Assembly (NCBI GenBank): GCA_951406725.2
Contig: OX597835.1
Location: 9,362,001-9,426,000 of the forward strand
Direction of reading: 5' to 3'
Origin: Octopus vulgaris
Lineage: Eukaryota
Length of the DNA stretch: 64,000 nucleotides
Position 1 is the stretch's first letter, and the number at the start of each line of letters is the position of its first letter. Shown one piece after another: positions 12,398-24,008 of this stretch. A program made the position numbers and the translations under genes. The notes beneath the pieces were generated by a model, which saw nothing but the letters and a program-made list of their open reading frames with translations, was not told the origin of the DNA and ran no database searches.

Positions 12398-12717
12398 GGA
12401 GATGTACTTGCATAGCTAGTGACTTGAGCTGAGATCGTGTGCTGGAACGAAAACAATTGCAGTGTGGAAAGTGTTTATAGTCCATTTAAGAAAGACACAA
12501 AAACCGTTCGATTCACTTCAACATTTAAATTTAATTTGTCAAAATATTTTCGTCGCTTTGAGACGTGATGCAGCACGACGTTTTGTCAGTCAACAGGTCG
12601 CGGTCTCAAAGCGACGAAAATATTTTGACAAATTAAATTTAAATGTTGAAGTGAATCTAACGGTTTTTTGTGTGTTTCTTAAATGGCTTATGAACACCTT
12701 CCACGCTGCAATTGTTT
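12397..12717. mobile_element. (TA)n-embedded fold-back element, ~114-bp arms, with hammerhead-like fold
   Basis: Arms 12451-12564 / 12603-12717; inner ~55 bp perfect, ~8 differences in the outer half. A unique ~55-bp extension lies on the left. Confidence 0.8.
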
Positions 12718-12731
12718 ATATATATATATAT

Positions 12732-12879
12732 TATATAGAGGGCATTATTACACATAAATGCCTCACAATAAGAGGGACATAAGTCATTACTACCAATGAC
12801 ATAAGTCAGTAATGACATAAGTCATTACTTATGTCCCTCTTAGTGTGAGGCATTTATGTGTAATAATGTCCTCTATATA
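12732..12879. repeat. (TA)n-embedded fold-back, ~53-bp arms, scrambled-repeat loop
   Basis: Arms 12732-12784 / 12827-12879 with 2 mismatches. The loop is built from GACATAAGTCATTAC pieces in both orientations. Confidence 0.85.
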
Positions 12880-13000
12880 TTATAAATTAATATGTTCAAA
12901 AGAAAAAAATTATTTTCAAATTTTTCTCTTATGAGGTTTTTCACGCTAACTACCTGATGATTTCTTGTTAGATTCCTTATTAAGAGTTATCCTTAATTGT

Positions 13001-13057
<57 letters not shown>

Positions 13058-13064
<7 letters not shown>

Positions 13065-13243
13065 TTAGAGACAAAACCACTATTTTGCAAAACAAACAAG
13101 GAAAGACTTAATCAATACATAAAATTTTAATAAAAAGTTTAATAAAAAATACTTTTTATTAAACTTTTTATTAAAATTTTATGTATTGATTAAGTCTTTC
13201 CTTGTTTGTTTTGCAAAATAGTGGTTTTGTCTCTAATTAATAT
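13058..13243. repeat. Perfect 91-bp-arm AT-rich palindrome, 4-nt spacer
   Basis: 13058-13148 is the exact reverse complement of 13153-13243. Confidence 0.9.
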
Positions 13244-13873
13244 TTATATAATATTTTACTATAAAATTGGATTTAATCCTAAATCTGATTTTTTTCCCTG
13301 TAAATTTGGATTTATTCCCTAATATTTATTATATATATATATATATATGGGACATGATATCAAGTTTAAAGTAAAAACGAGAAGAGCTGAAACAGAGTTG
13401 TAGGGAATAGATAAGTCGACATACTTGCCTACAAGACAGAGGTGGAAAATCTTGTGTTTCTACGAATCTGATTTTATCATTTTGGAGCTTGAAGAAATTT
13501 TTATCTGAAAGTGAAAGTAAAAACAGCACGTAAATAAATAATAAATATTGAATTCCCGCGTGTTTAATGCGTTTGTGCTTTTCCTTTTTTTAACTTCTGT
13601 GAACTGTTTCATTGAACTTCCTCCGAAATGCATTATGGAATTAAAAGTATTATGCGTATCGCCACCCCCATGTATATTTTTAAATCTTTTAATAATTTCG
13701 CTCATTAAGCAGGTTAAATCGAGCAATAATGCAGATATAAGCCGAAAGCGGGAAGGAAGGTTGTTGTGCGGAAATAAATATTTGACATTTCGTTTGTCTA
13801 TTTGCTTTGCAACTTTCTTGGTGTGAAGTCGTGTGGTGAAAAAAACATTGTTGTATCTTTGGTGAACCCGTAG

Positions 13874-14216
13874 ACCAAAAATAAACACACGCATTGCTTC
13901 AGTTTCATTTCTTTCCTATTTATTATTCGACATTTGATTAACTGTTCAACCAACTGAATAATCAATCGGTTAATCAATCAGTCAGTTGTGCTTGCCAATC
14001 TTCATTCATTCAGTAGTATTTGAAACAAATCTGAAGCCGACCTGGAATGGAGAGAGCATGTTTTACACAGGGTCGTGCGAGGTGTGGGACGAAATGACTG
14101 AGGCAAACATAACTGATCGTTTAATTAACCGGATGAGTAATCAAATAATCGATTCAAGCAATTGACGAATAATGAACAAAGAAGCGAAACTGAATCAGTG
14201 CGTGTTTATTGTTGGT
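13874..14216. mobile_element. Old degenerate MITE/fold-back (~120-bp imperfect arms)
   Basis: ACCAAAAATAAACACACGCATTGCTTCAGTTTC...GTGCTTGCC versus the reverse complement of GGCAAACATAAC...GAAACTGAATCAGTGCGTGTTTATTGTTGGT. Confidence 0.6.
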
Positions 14217-14558
14217 GTAATGACCTCCAAGATATTTTAGAATATATTAACTTTGTCATTCCATATGATATTAAAGCTGCTTGGGTTGATTTTAAAGTTT
14301 AACATTAGCAGAGTTGTTTTCGTTCGTTTTCCTTGTATGTCTCCAATGAAATGTTTTTGTTCCTAACTGTGACCCTCCATAAACCCTAAATTTTATTTTA
14401 GAATTTATGTGAGCAACTGTCTTTGAAGGCTCATATTGTCGTTGAATGCTTGAAATGAGGAGTAGATAGACCGATTACTTCTACTTTCCATTTTCTCGTT
14501 GTTGACATATTTCATATCATGTGTACCGTTGGTGATGTCCTGTACATATATATGCATG

Positions 14559-14613
<55 letters not shown>

Positions 14614-15407
14614 GTGTATATATATATAATATTGTATTATTTATTATGTATGTATGCTTAATTTGCGTGTATATTTCTGGAATATTTTCGTAAAAATACA
14701 CTCCACAACGATTTGCCAATCAAGCCATTCATATTTTCCTGTAGAACACAAATATGATTTCTTGATTTGATATCTGCCATAAATTCAGTGACCAACGAAC
14801 GGTAGGACATAAACTAAGGTAAGGTATTATTTTCTCATCAAATAATTTAATAAATATTGATAAATGGATAAAACCGAAAAGAACAAGAAACAAGGCCAAC
14901 GACGAAAAACGCTGTTTAAGAAAAACATCATTTTTATTTTTTAGAATGTCTACATAAATTTAACGACTGCATCAATTTTGAATGGTCTTCTTACCAATTA
15001 TTCTGCCAAAGTGGCTTAAATTGTAACCTCTTGAATCATATATAAACGTACATCTTTCTCTCTTCTCCCTCTTTCTCTTTCTCTCTCTCTCTTTCTCTAT
15101 GTCTCTCTAACTTTATTATGTACTTTTCTCCTACCTCTCTCCCTAAACTCTTCCTCGCATTACTTTTTCCTCCATTTTAAACGCTATCTTTATGTTTGCT
15201 TGATGTCTCTAAATATCTGCATTTACACACGCATGTTTTGTATTTATGTATATATGTGTGTGTATTCATGAATTCCATAGATGTACATCAATTTATCTCT
15301 GGCAGTGGGCGAACCAACATGTGTAAACGTACGTACATACAGTACAGGAATGGGTGTATTTATGTTTGAATTCATGACGCATTCAACTATCGATAATTAT
15401 AATTGTA

Positions 15408-15408
<1 letters not shown>

Positions 15409-15491
<83 letters not shown>

Positions 15492-15517
15492 TGATAATAA
15501 TAATAATAATAATAATA

Positions 15518-15601
<84 letters not shown>

Positions 15602-15866
15602 TAATAATAACAATAAAGAAATCATTATTATTGTTATTATCAATGTTATTATAGTTACAATCATCATTACCATCCTCATCATTATTTAAATTTGCCGTCC
15701 ATAACATACACATTTCTATGGATACATACAAATACACATAAACACGTACACACACTGTGGGATACATACATACATACATACATACATACATACATACATG
15801 CATACATACATACGTACATACATATATACATACATACATGCATGCATGCATTCATACATACATACA

Positions 15867-15898
<32 letters not shown>

Positions 15899-15916
15899 CA
15901 TACATACATACATACA
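15409..15916. repeat. (ATT)n-to-(AAT)n and (TACA)n microsatellites
   Basis: Direct reading. Confidence 0.95.
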
Positions 15917-15917
15917 T

Positions 15918-16055
15918 CGCCCCCCCCCCCCAGTACATGACTGATACTTATTTTATCGACTTCGAAGGTATGAAAGGGAAAGTCGACCTCAGCGGAGTTT
16001 GAACTCACAACGTAAAGACGAACATTTTGCCCGGTATGCTAACGGTTCTGCCAGT
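15918..16055 (-). mobile_element. SINE family A, internally deleted copy
   Basis: TTTATCGAC.TCGAAGG.ATGAAAGG.AAAGTCGACCTC.GCGGA.TTTGAACTC...GCTAACG.TTCTGCCAG. Confidence 0.8.
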
Positions 16056-16084
16056 TCCCTGCTTTAAACTAGGACCGGATAAAG

Positions 16085-16325
16085 ATCTTTCCTGAATCAC
16101 ACTGACCCCTAGGGCCGGTTTCCCAGTTTCCATGGCGTATATATTTACCATCTGGACAGGACGCCTGTCCGTCACAGGATTACACATTTTTGCCAAATGA
16201 GTGGACTAGCGCAACGTGGAATGAAGTGTTTTGCTTAAGAACAACGCATCGACCTATCTAGGTATCGAAGCCACAATCTTACGATCAAGAATCCAACACC
16301 CTAACCACCCAGCTACCTGCCTCTG
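16085..16325 (-). mobile_element. tRNA-derived SINE, mosaic (family C head/body + family D tail)
   Basis: Minus strand: GTGGTTAGGGTGTTGG..GCTTCGATACC; GCAAAACACTTCATT.CACGTTGC..AGTCCACTCA..TGGCAAAAATG (as 19016-19340); CCTGTGACGGACAGGCGTC..GAAAC.GGGAAACCGGCCCT (as 40775-40840). Confidence 0.75.
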
Positions 16326-17249
16326 GAAAGGCATAAGAAAATAATACGATCGCAAATCAACAGTAAACACGCTGGTTTAATGACCAACTTGCGAGAAATA
16401 TATCTTTCGTTCTAACACCCCCTCACAATATTCAAGTTCTAATAGATAACCCAAACTCATACACGCAGTCTTCCGAAAAACTGTTTCATCGAAAGAAAAG
16501 AAGCCCAAGTTACAACTGTACTCCTGACGTGCAGAAGCTGATAATATAAATCTCAGAAATAAACTGTTGATGAGAAGAGTTTAAAGGTACATTTTGAAGC
16601 ATGTTTGCTCAAGCAGTCCTACTATGCCGGGACAGAACTTACCTACGTTGAATTGAACCTCAATGTAAAGTGTAAACTCGACTTAGATACTTAGATAGAA
16701 ACAGCAATGTTGTGGTTAGATGAATCAATTATTAAGAAGTTTGTGCAAAGAATTTGAGTAGAATTAACGTCAACCTTCTATAATATGAAAACATCTATGA
16801 CAATACTCCACACCACTTATTATAATGTGTAGAATTATAATTATTACTCATTATAATGGATAGAAGGTTTGAGAATAAGATCACATACATTATGTCTGTC
16901 TCCATCTGATTTAAGGAGGAATGCTTAATATCTGATACAAACCTGTTTGTTTTTTTTAAATTTATTTTAATTGTTTTTGTGTAATTTTTAATTTTTTTAA
17001 ACTTGAGCAGAATGTTACTAAAATAAATAGTTATAACCAAAAAACATTCCTAAAGGCAGCTCTACTTAGTCAGTTCAGTCGGGTGGTATCAGATCATTGT
17101 ACAGAATACAAATTTGTTTCAGCTTTTCGCGTTCTGCGTTCACATCTTGTTATGGCTTGCATGGCTGATCGACTGACCTCATCGACCACTGGTACATTAG
17201 ATGTTCTTAGATCAATCAAATTCCTTTGCAGTCCAAGTGTCTGGTTTAA

Positions 17250-17468
17250 CCCTTTAGTATTTAAACCGGCCATATCCGGCCAAAATAGTTAATCTGTTTT
17301 ATGTTCAAACTGACCAGATCCAGGCCCTCACACCTACCCTACAATGTTATTCTACATTAAGTAATTACACCATCAAGATCTTGAAGATATGAGAAAATGC
17401 ATGATTAATTCAAATCAATGGGAATCAATAAGCATTATGTTTGATAGAATAATCTGATCATTAAAGGG
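17250..17468. mobile_element. piggyBac-type MITE
   Basis: TTAA|CCCTTTAG...TTAAAGGG|TTAA: TTAA target duplication and CCC/GGG termini. Confidence 0.8.
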
Positions 17469-17571
17469 TTAAAGCTGTCTCCTTTCAGTCTCTGACCCGC
17501 TGTGAGGAATTATATGCTATGTTTCCCACCCTGACTAAAGGTTAAAAGCATTCAATATGTAACTGGTCTGA

Positions 17572-17790
17572 GCAGCGATCTAGTAGAACGGTTAGCACGG
17601 ACAAAATGCTTTGCAGCATTCGTTTCTCTTTACGTTCTAGGTTCAAATGCCGCTGAGGTCGGCATTGCGTTTTATCCCTTCGGGGTCGAAACAGTAAGTA
17701 CAAATTGAGCATTGAATGGGTTTAATTGACTTACCCTGCCCCCCTCCTCAAAAACAATTGCTGGCTTTATACGTGGTTTAGGGACCAATC
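17572..17790 (+). mobile_element. SINE family A, degraded
   Basis: TAGAACGGTTAGCACG..AAAATGCT..GTTCAAAT.CCGC.GAGGTC..CCTTCGGGGTCGA...AAGTAC. Confidence 0.7.
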
Positions 17791-18011
17791 TCAATGAGCA
17801 GCACATTAGCAAAATGTCTTCTAGTATGGTCCTATGCCAGAGGATTTGACCAGAGAACTTGACAAATCGGTGAAGTTGATCTTTGCAGAACGTAAAAGGG
17901 AGGAAAATTACTGCAACTTACTTTTCCGAGGATCAAACTTGTGTACAAGCTCATCTCCTTGCAAAGACATATAGTACAGCATTTGTGTGCATGTGCGTGG
18001 ATGTGTGTGAT

Positions 18012-18356
18012 TGTGTGTGTGTGCACGTGTGTGTGTGTGTGCGTGCGTGCGTGTGTGTGTGCGCGTGTGTGTGTGCGTGTGTGTGCGTGTGTGTGTGCGC
18101 GTGTGTGTGTACGTGTGTGTGTGTGTGTGTGCGTGTGTGCGTGCGCGCGTATGTGTGTGTGCGTGTGTGTGTGTGCGTGTGTGTGTGCTCGCGTGTGTGT
18201 GTGTGCGTGTGTGTATGCACAGAGAGAGGAAATTAATACAAATTTTCATACTGTACCACTCTCCCTCACACACACACATACACTTATAATGTACACAGAC
18301 ACACACACACTCACATGTGTGAGTGAGTGTGTGTTTGTATTTAAAGGGAGAAGGAA

Positions 18357-18428
<72 letters not shown>

Positions 18429-18429
18429 A
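18012..18429. repeat. (TG/CG)n and (GAAA)n microsatellites
   Basis: Direct reading. Confidence 0.9.
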
Positions 18430-18595
18430 GCACGTCTTCGAATTTGTCGTTTCGCTGTACGACACTGAAAAGGAAATTGACAAAAATGTTTCTATCTTAA
18501 GAGCTATGCTGGAAGAAATTATATTATAATAACAATTTTTCTGTAACTCGCTTCTTTCCTTTCGTTGTATTCTTTATTAACTGTGATGCACGAAG
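18430..18595 (+). repeat. Unclassified ~160-bp repeat, copy 1
   Basis: Aligns with 21411-21563 (GTACG.CAC.GAAAAG.AAATT.ACAAAA..GTTTCTATCTTAAGAGCTA). Confidence 0.75.
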
Positions 18596-19015
18596 TTAAT
18601 GTATTTCTACACACAGACCAGAGACCATCGAAAAATGGTTGGCGTTGTCTGTCAGAATTTAGAATTAATCATGTAAAATGTCGAAAATTCAGAAGATGAT
18701 TAAATGAAACTTGATCACTTAGAGTCGGTCTGCGTACACGCGGGGAACACAATGCAATAAATGTTGTCACAGAAATTATATTATTATTGACAGAAATGTA
18801 CATCCATGTGTACACACCTACATACGCTAGCGCATACACACACACACACACACACGCACACGCACACGCACATACAAACATACAGGCATCATAATATCTG
18901 TGTGCTTGTGATATATTACGGTTTATTTACTGTGATTCATTACAAATGTCCATATATTTCGCTCTTGCAAAAGAACGTGCTTTTCGGGGGTGATTGGTGG
19001 AATCATATATATATA

Positions 19016-19340
19016 GGAGCACTCCGTCGGTTACGACGATGAGGGTCACAGTTGATACGATCAACAGAACAGCTTGCTCGTGAAATTAACATGCAAGTGA
19101 CTGAGCAATCCACAGACACGAATACCCTTAACGTGGTTCTCAGGGAGATTCAGCGTGACACAGAGTGTGACAAGGCCGGCCCTTTGAAATACAGGTACAA
19201 CTCATTTTTGCCAGCTGAGTGGACTGGAGCAACGTGAAATAAAGTATCTTGCTCAAGGACACAACGCATCGCTGGGAATCGAACTCACGACCTTACAATC
19301 GTCAGTCGAATGCCCTAACCACTAAGCCACGCGCCTTCAC
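19016..19340 (-). mobile_element. tRNA-derived SINE family C, near full length
   Basis: Minus strand: GTGAAGGCGCGTGGCTTAGTGGTTAGGGCATTCG (A box), GAGTTCGATTCC (B box), GTGTCCTTGAGCAAGATACTT central domain. Ends in (TA)n. Confidence 0.9.
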
Positions 19341-19785
19341 GGTGGAATATATACGAAAATATGCGAGGGCTTGTTTGAACCCAGGCGTTTTCTGGATGTA
19401 AATAATGAAAGTAAAGGGATTTTTAAATTAGATTCACATGGAGAGTATACTTGTGTATTACTGCAGTTTACGTTAGAAAGATGACGAATGTGGTGTGTGG
19501 GAGTTGAAAGAAGATGCATGAATACATTCAGTCATGAAGGACTAAATTAAAGGAAGCTCGTAATTCAATGCTGAAGGGAAAATACAGAATAAATTTACTT
19601 GTTTAAGAAGAAATATAGAAACCTCGTCAAGGGGCAAATGGAAGTCATTTAATGGTTCGGTGGAGAAAATTTATATATTTAAGAGTCAGAACGGCCAATG
19701 GGATGTGGCTTATTTGTCAGAATATATACAAGGAATATGAGTACGTGTGCGTGAGTGTTTGTGTGCATTATGCGTGTTTATGTGC

Positions 19786-19838
<53 letters not shown>

Positions 19839-20037
19839 TGTGTGCGGGTGCGTGTGAATAAGTGCATAAAATTTTGGAGAAATACGAGAAATAATTTTAG
19901 AGAAATATGAAAAGTAAGCGTAAATAATTAGAAGGAAGCTGCAGTTATAAAGAGGATAAGCTATCCAGAACCTCGTGTATATGTGTGTATGTGTGTGTGT
20001 GTGTGCGTGTATACAAACACATGTAAATAAATGTATG

Positions 20038-20081
<44 letters not shown>

Positions 20082-21410
20082 CATACATAAATATATATAT
20101 ATGTATCTATATACGCATGGGCGATAGATCGATAGATATTATAAGGAAGTGTTCCTTAGTTAGAAGGCATGTTGCTGATACACCGGATCTGTAACCAAAG
20201 AGAGGTGTCACTGGGATTGGAGAAAGTGGAACAATGAAATGAAGGCAACCGAAAATTAAAGGAAAACAAAGACACGAAGGAAGACTTTTGTGACAGAAGA
20301 TAATAAACAAATGATGCGTAGATTATCTTCAGGATGATGGAAGTCATTTGTGTGAACGAGTGGAATAAAAACAAACCCAAGAATTAAAGTAGAAATAAAT
20401 GTACATAAAAGAGAATGATTGCGTAACTTTAAAATTTGGATGAGTGAAAATTACGTTGAAGTCAACAAGATGGTTCCATGAGTGTCATTGGTGTAGAAAA
20501 AGTACTATATCAGTATAAATGTAGTCATATCAATGTACACCCAAAGGTAGTGAGTGTTTCAAGCTGTGCAGACAATTAGAAAATTTAAAGTAACAAAATC
20601 GGATATTATCTAAAGAAACATGAAGACATAATAATGCTTCTATATAAGATTGAAGTTGACATGTTAAGGGGAAGCAATTGGTATAAAGAAAGTAGTTAAA
20701 TAAACTAAAGATTTTTCTCTGGAGAAACTTTAACGAATGAAGACATTTTCAGGTCAGATTCAATGGAACAGGTTTAACACAGAAAGAAATATTCGTAACG
20801 GGAATCTACGATCTTACTTAAAAAATCTTTGCTGTAAATTTCAACACATCAAGAACTATATTTAGTTGATTTCTAAAGCTCTGATAGTTGGAAACATACG
20901 GCCATCTGTAACAAATCACCTTGTATATAATTTAATATATAATATTATTGTCAATGACACTATGCCTTGATTCCTTCCACTGATATTGACTTCCGGTTCA
21001 TAAATTACAAATGTGAGTGTGAGTGTATTTTTTCCACTTTTACTGATGATTGATGTAGTCATTCACAAATCGAAATATTTAGTGAAAATCGGTAAATAAT
21101 TTTGCTTCTTTAAACTAGAGATCTTCTACGTAACTAATCGACTTTTTAAAAATAGATGTGAATTGTCTCTGAACTTACACTCTTCTATTACGAAGAGGGA
21201 GGGACATCATCATATAATGTAGTTTTTAATCCTGCTTATCAACATGGACCCTATTTTGCTTATTGTATTTCTCAACCTGTATTATCCTGTTATTCAAACA
21301 ACATATCAACAACTATAACACCATTTTTTTTCTTCTTAAAATAATTGTAAATCTCTCAGCTTTCAAAATTAAAGTTGTTATAATTAATGGTGAAACAAAG
21401 AGAGAAAGAA

Positions 21411-21563
21411 ACATGTTTTCGCGTTTGCCGTTTTGTTGTACGTCACCGAAAAGAAAAATTAACAAAACCGTTTCTATCTTAAGAGCTACGTTCGAAGTAA
21501 TTATATTTTTCTCTGACTCACTTTTTGCTTACATTGTATTCTTAATTAACTTAATGCATGAAG
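21411..21563 (+). repeat. Unclassified ~160-bp repeat, copy 2
   Basis: Aligns with 18430-18595. Confidence 0.75.
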
Positions 21564-22052
21564 ACTTCTTCCTAGCAGCAGCCATGATATCATCGCGTCT
21601 TTATCACCGGGGCACGCCTTTTCTTTGTTCTTCTTTGACTGTTCTAACACAGTAACTGAGATGTGTTCATGCTGGAGCAATATCGTCAAAGTTTTCAACG
21701 ATCAAATCTCCCTTCAGCAGTTATAAAATGAAGTCAATCAGCCGAACAGTTAATTTATCGGACAGGAATCTAGATAAGGCCACAGGATCACACACACACT
21801 CATATATACACACCCATAACATTACACACATATACACACACTAACACACTCGCACACAAGCGTGCACTCACGAATATATATATATAGAGAGAGAGAGATG
21901 GCTAATACACACACACGTATATGTGCGCGCGTGGGTACACATATGTATGTGTGTATTTGTGTATGTGTGTATTTACTCATGCGACTGACTTGAATAATAT
22001 CTGCATATGTGTGTGTGTGTGTGTGTGTGTTTGTTTGTCTGTGTGTGCGTGA

Positions 22053-22120
<68 letters not shown>

Positions 22121-22227
22121 AGCGGGTGTGTTTGTGTATGTGTACAGACATACATACATCCAGTGGGTTTTGTTATGTATTGCAATTACTACTCAATGTA
22201 CTAGAAGCCAGTTTTCGGAAATAAGTA

Positions 22228-22322
22228 TGTCCTAGGTTCAAATTCCACCGTGGTCAACGGTGCCTTCCATTTTTTCGGGGACGATAAAACGAGTACCAGT
22301 TGAACACAGGGGCTGGTGTAAT
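22228..22322 (+). mobile_element. SINE family A fragment
   Basis: GTTCAAATTCCACCG.GGTCAAC..TGCCTT.CAT..TTCGGGG.CGATAAAA.GAGTACCAGTTGA. Confidence 0.7.
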
Positions 22323-22499
22323 CTGGCCCAGGGTCAGCAACTAGACAATACTTGAAATCAATACTTGACGTATATATCTGGAATAATTTTTGCCTGTTAT
22401 AATAGCTTGTTTAGTAACTGAAATTGTCAGCGCCATAAAAACATTATGAATTATTTCAAATTTTCTTATTTGCCTTGTTATATCAATTGCTGTTTTAAT

Positions 22500-22800
22500 A
22501 AATGGACCAATTCTGAGGATACACCTGTAGTATAGAAAGGTATTATAAAAGGAGAAAGGGACTCTCTACCCACCCACTCTTTTTGACCAGGCTCCCGTGG
22601 CTCTTATGGGTTTTTTCCACGAGTAACCTTTCGAAGCGCCTCCCCCTATTGGAAATTTCAATTGTTATATTTTCGTTATCTCTGGAATTTTTACACGGGT
22701 TTTGCAAACGGACAAAGCCTTTTGTAACTTCCGTCCTGTGTTTTGTCCCTTCATGTTTTAATTATTATTTTTTATCAGCCCTTGTGGCCAATAAACGTAT
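22500..22800 (+). mobile_element. Tx1-clade LINE 3' end (last codons + 3'UTR) followed by (ATT)n
   Basis: NGPILRIHL* then AAAAGGAGAAAGGG...CAGCCCTTGTGGCCAATAAA. Homologous to 23226-23710. Confidence 0.75.
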
Positions 22801-22802
22801 TA

Positions 22803-22855
<53 letters not shown>

Positions 22856-22881
22856 TATTATTATTGTTGTTGTTGTTATTG

Positions 22882-22919
<38 letters not shown>

Positions 22920-22941
22920 GTTGTTGTTGTTGTTGTTATTG

Positions 22942-22981
<40 letters not shown>

Positions 22982-23064
22982 TATTATTATTGTTGTTGTT
23001 GTTATTGTTGTTATTATTATTATTATCATTATTATTATTATTATTACTATTATTATTATTGTTA
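22801..23064. repeat. (ATT/GTT)n compound microsatellite with ~54-66-bp higher-order units
   Basis: Three (GTT)n-ATT-(GTT)2 blocks are interspersed in (ATT)n. Confidence 0.9.
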
Positions 23065-23710
23065 TCGTGGACCCGTTTGAAAGGGCTAAAGTCAGACACT
23101 AAAGTCAGCCCTCATCAAATTTTTCAAGTTTCACTTGAAAAGGAAGTTGAGGGTGGAGAGGGAAGTGTTGCTTTGTAGCAAGTTTGTTGAAAGGTGGGCG
23201 AATGTTGGAAGAATGGCCAGTGGGAAATGACCAACTCTGAGCGTGCACCTGTAAACAAAAGGAGAAGGGCTCTTGCCCTGTTGTTCAAGCACCAGTGGCT
23301 ATTGCGGGGTTTTTGACACAAAGTCCTTAACCCTTTCATTACCAACCCGGCCAAAACCGCCTCTGGCTCTGTAGTACAAATGTCTTGTTTTCATAAGTTC
23401 TGAATTAAAATCTTCCACCAAACCTTAGTCACAATTTATGTTCTTAACACCAGCTTAATGATAACGAAGTTATTTTACTAAATTCTTTGTTATATCTAAA
23501 ATAATTGAGAGAAACATAGAGCCACCCAAAATAAATACAGTAACAAAAGGGTTAAAGCGCCTCTACTATTGGGGTTTTTAAATTGTCTAATTTTTAATTC
23601 CTATTTACATTGTTTACACGTTGTAAAACCCATAGTACCGCCCCGTTTTGTCTTTTATGTTGTATGTCTTTTAGGGTATTTTTATGTGAGCCCTTGTGGT
23701 CTATAAAAAT
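23065..23710 (+). mobile_element. Tx1-clade LINE 3' end, interrupted by a MITE
   Basis: WTRLKGLKSDT / LIKFFKFHLKRKLRVEREVL...RWANVGRMA is homologous to 8262-8461. Ends GAGCCCTTGTGGTCTATAAAA. Confidence 0.85.
23331..23551. mobile_element. piggyBac-type MITE
   Basis: TTAA|CCCTTTCATTAC...GTAACAAAAGGG|TTAA. Removing it restores the Tx1 UTR seen intact at 22620-22670. Confidence 0.85.
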
Positions 23711-23720
23711 AATTAATTAT

Positions 23721-24008
23721 TCTTTTCCGTGGGCTTTTCTTTCCACGGGTAAACCTCACCTGTCCTCCCCTTTACACTACATATTGACATTTCTGTGATT
23801 ACGATCCCAATTGATCAACTTCTTTTTCCTCTCCCCTTTTCTTCCCCCCCCCTTTTTTTAAAATCTTCCCCTTTTTTGTCCTCTTTCTTTCCTTTTACGA
23901 TCCCTTTTGATCGAAAACCAACCCCCTTTTTTTTACCCCCAAAAGAAAAGCTCTACCTTGCAATTTGTTCTGTCTGTGTGCAGCCCTGTGTGGCTAATAA
24001 AGAAACAT
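23721..24008 (+). mobile_element. Tx1-clade LINE 3'UTR, same subfamily as 7988-8839
   Basis: Highly similar to 8553-8839 (CACGGGTAAACCTCACCTGTCCTCCCCTTTACACT...CAGCCCTGTGTGGCTAATAAAGAAACAT). Followed by (ATC)n. Confidence 0.9.

Noticed and set aside
20110-20900. Possible Penelope RT relic on the minus strand
   Set aside because: Motif similarity is at the level of chance.
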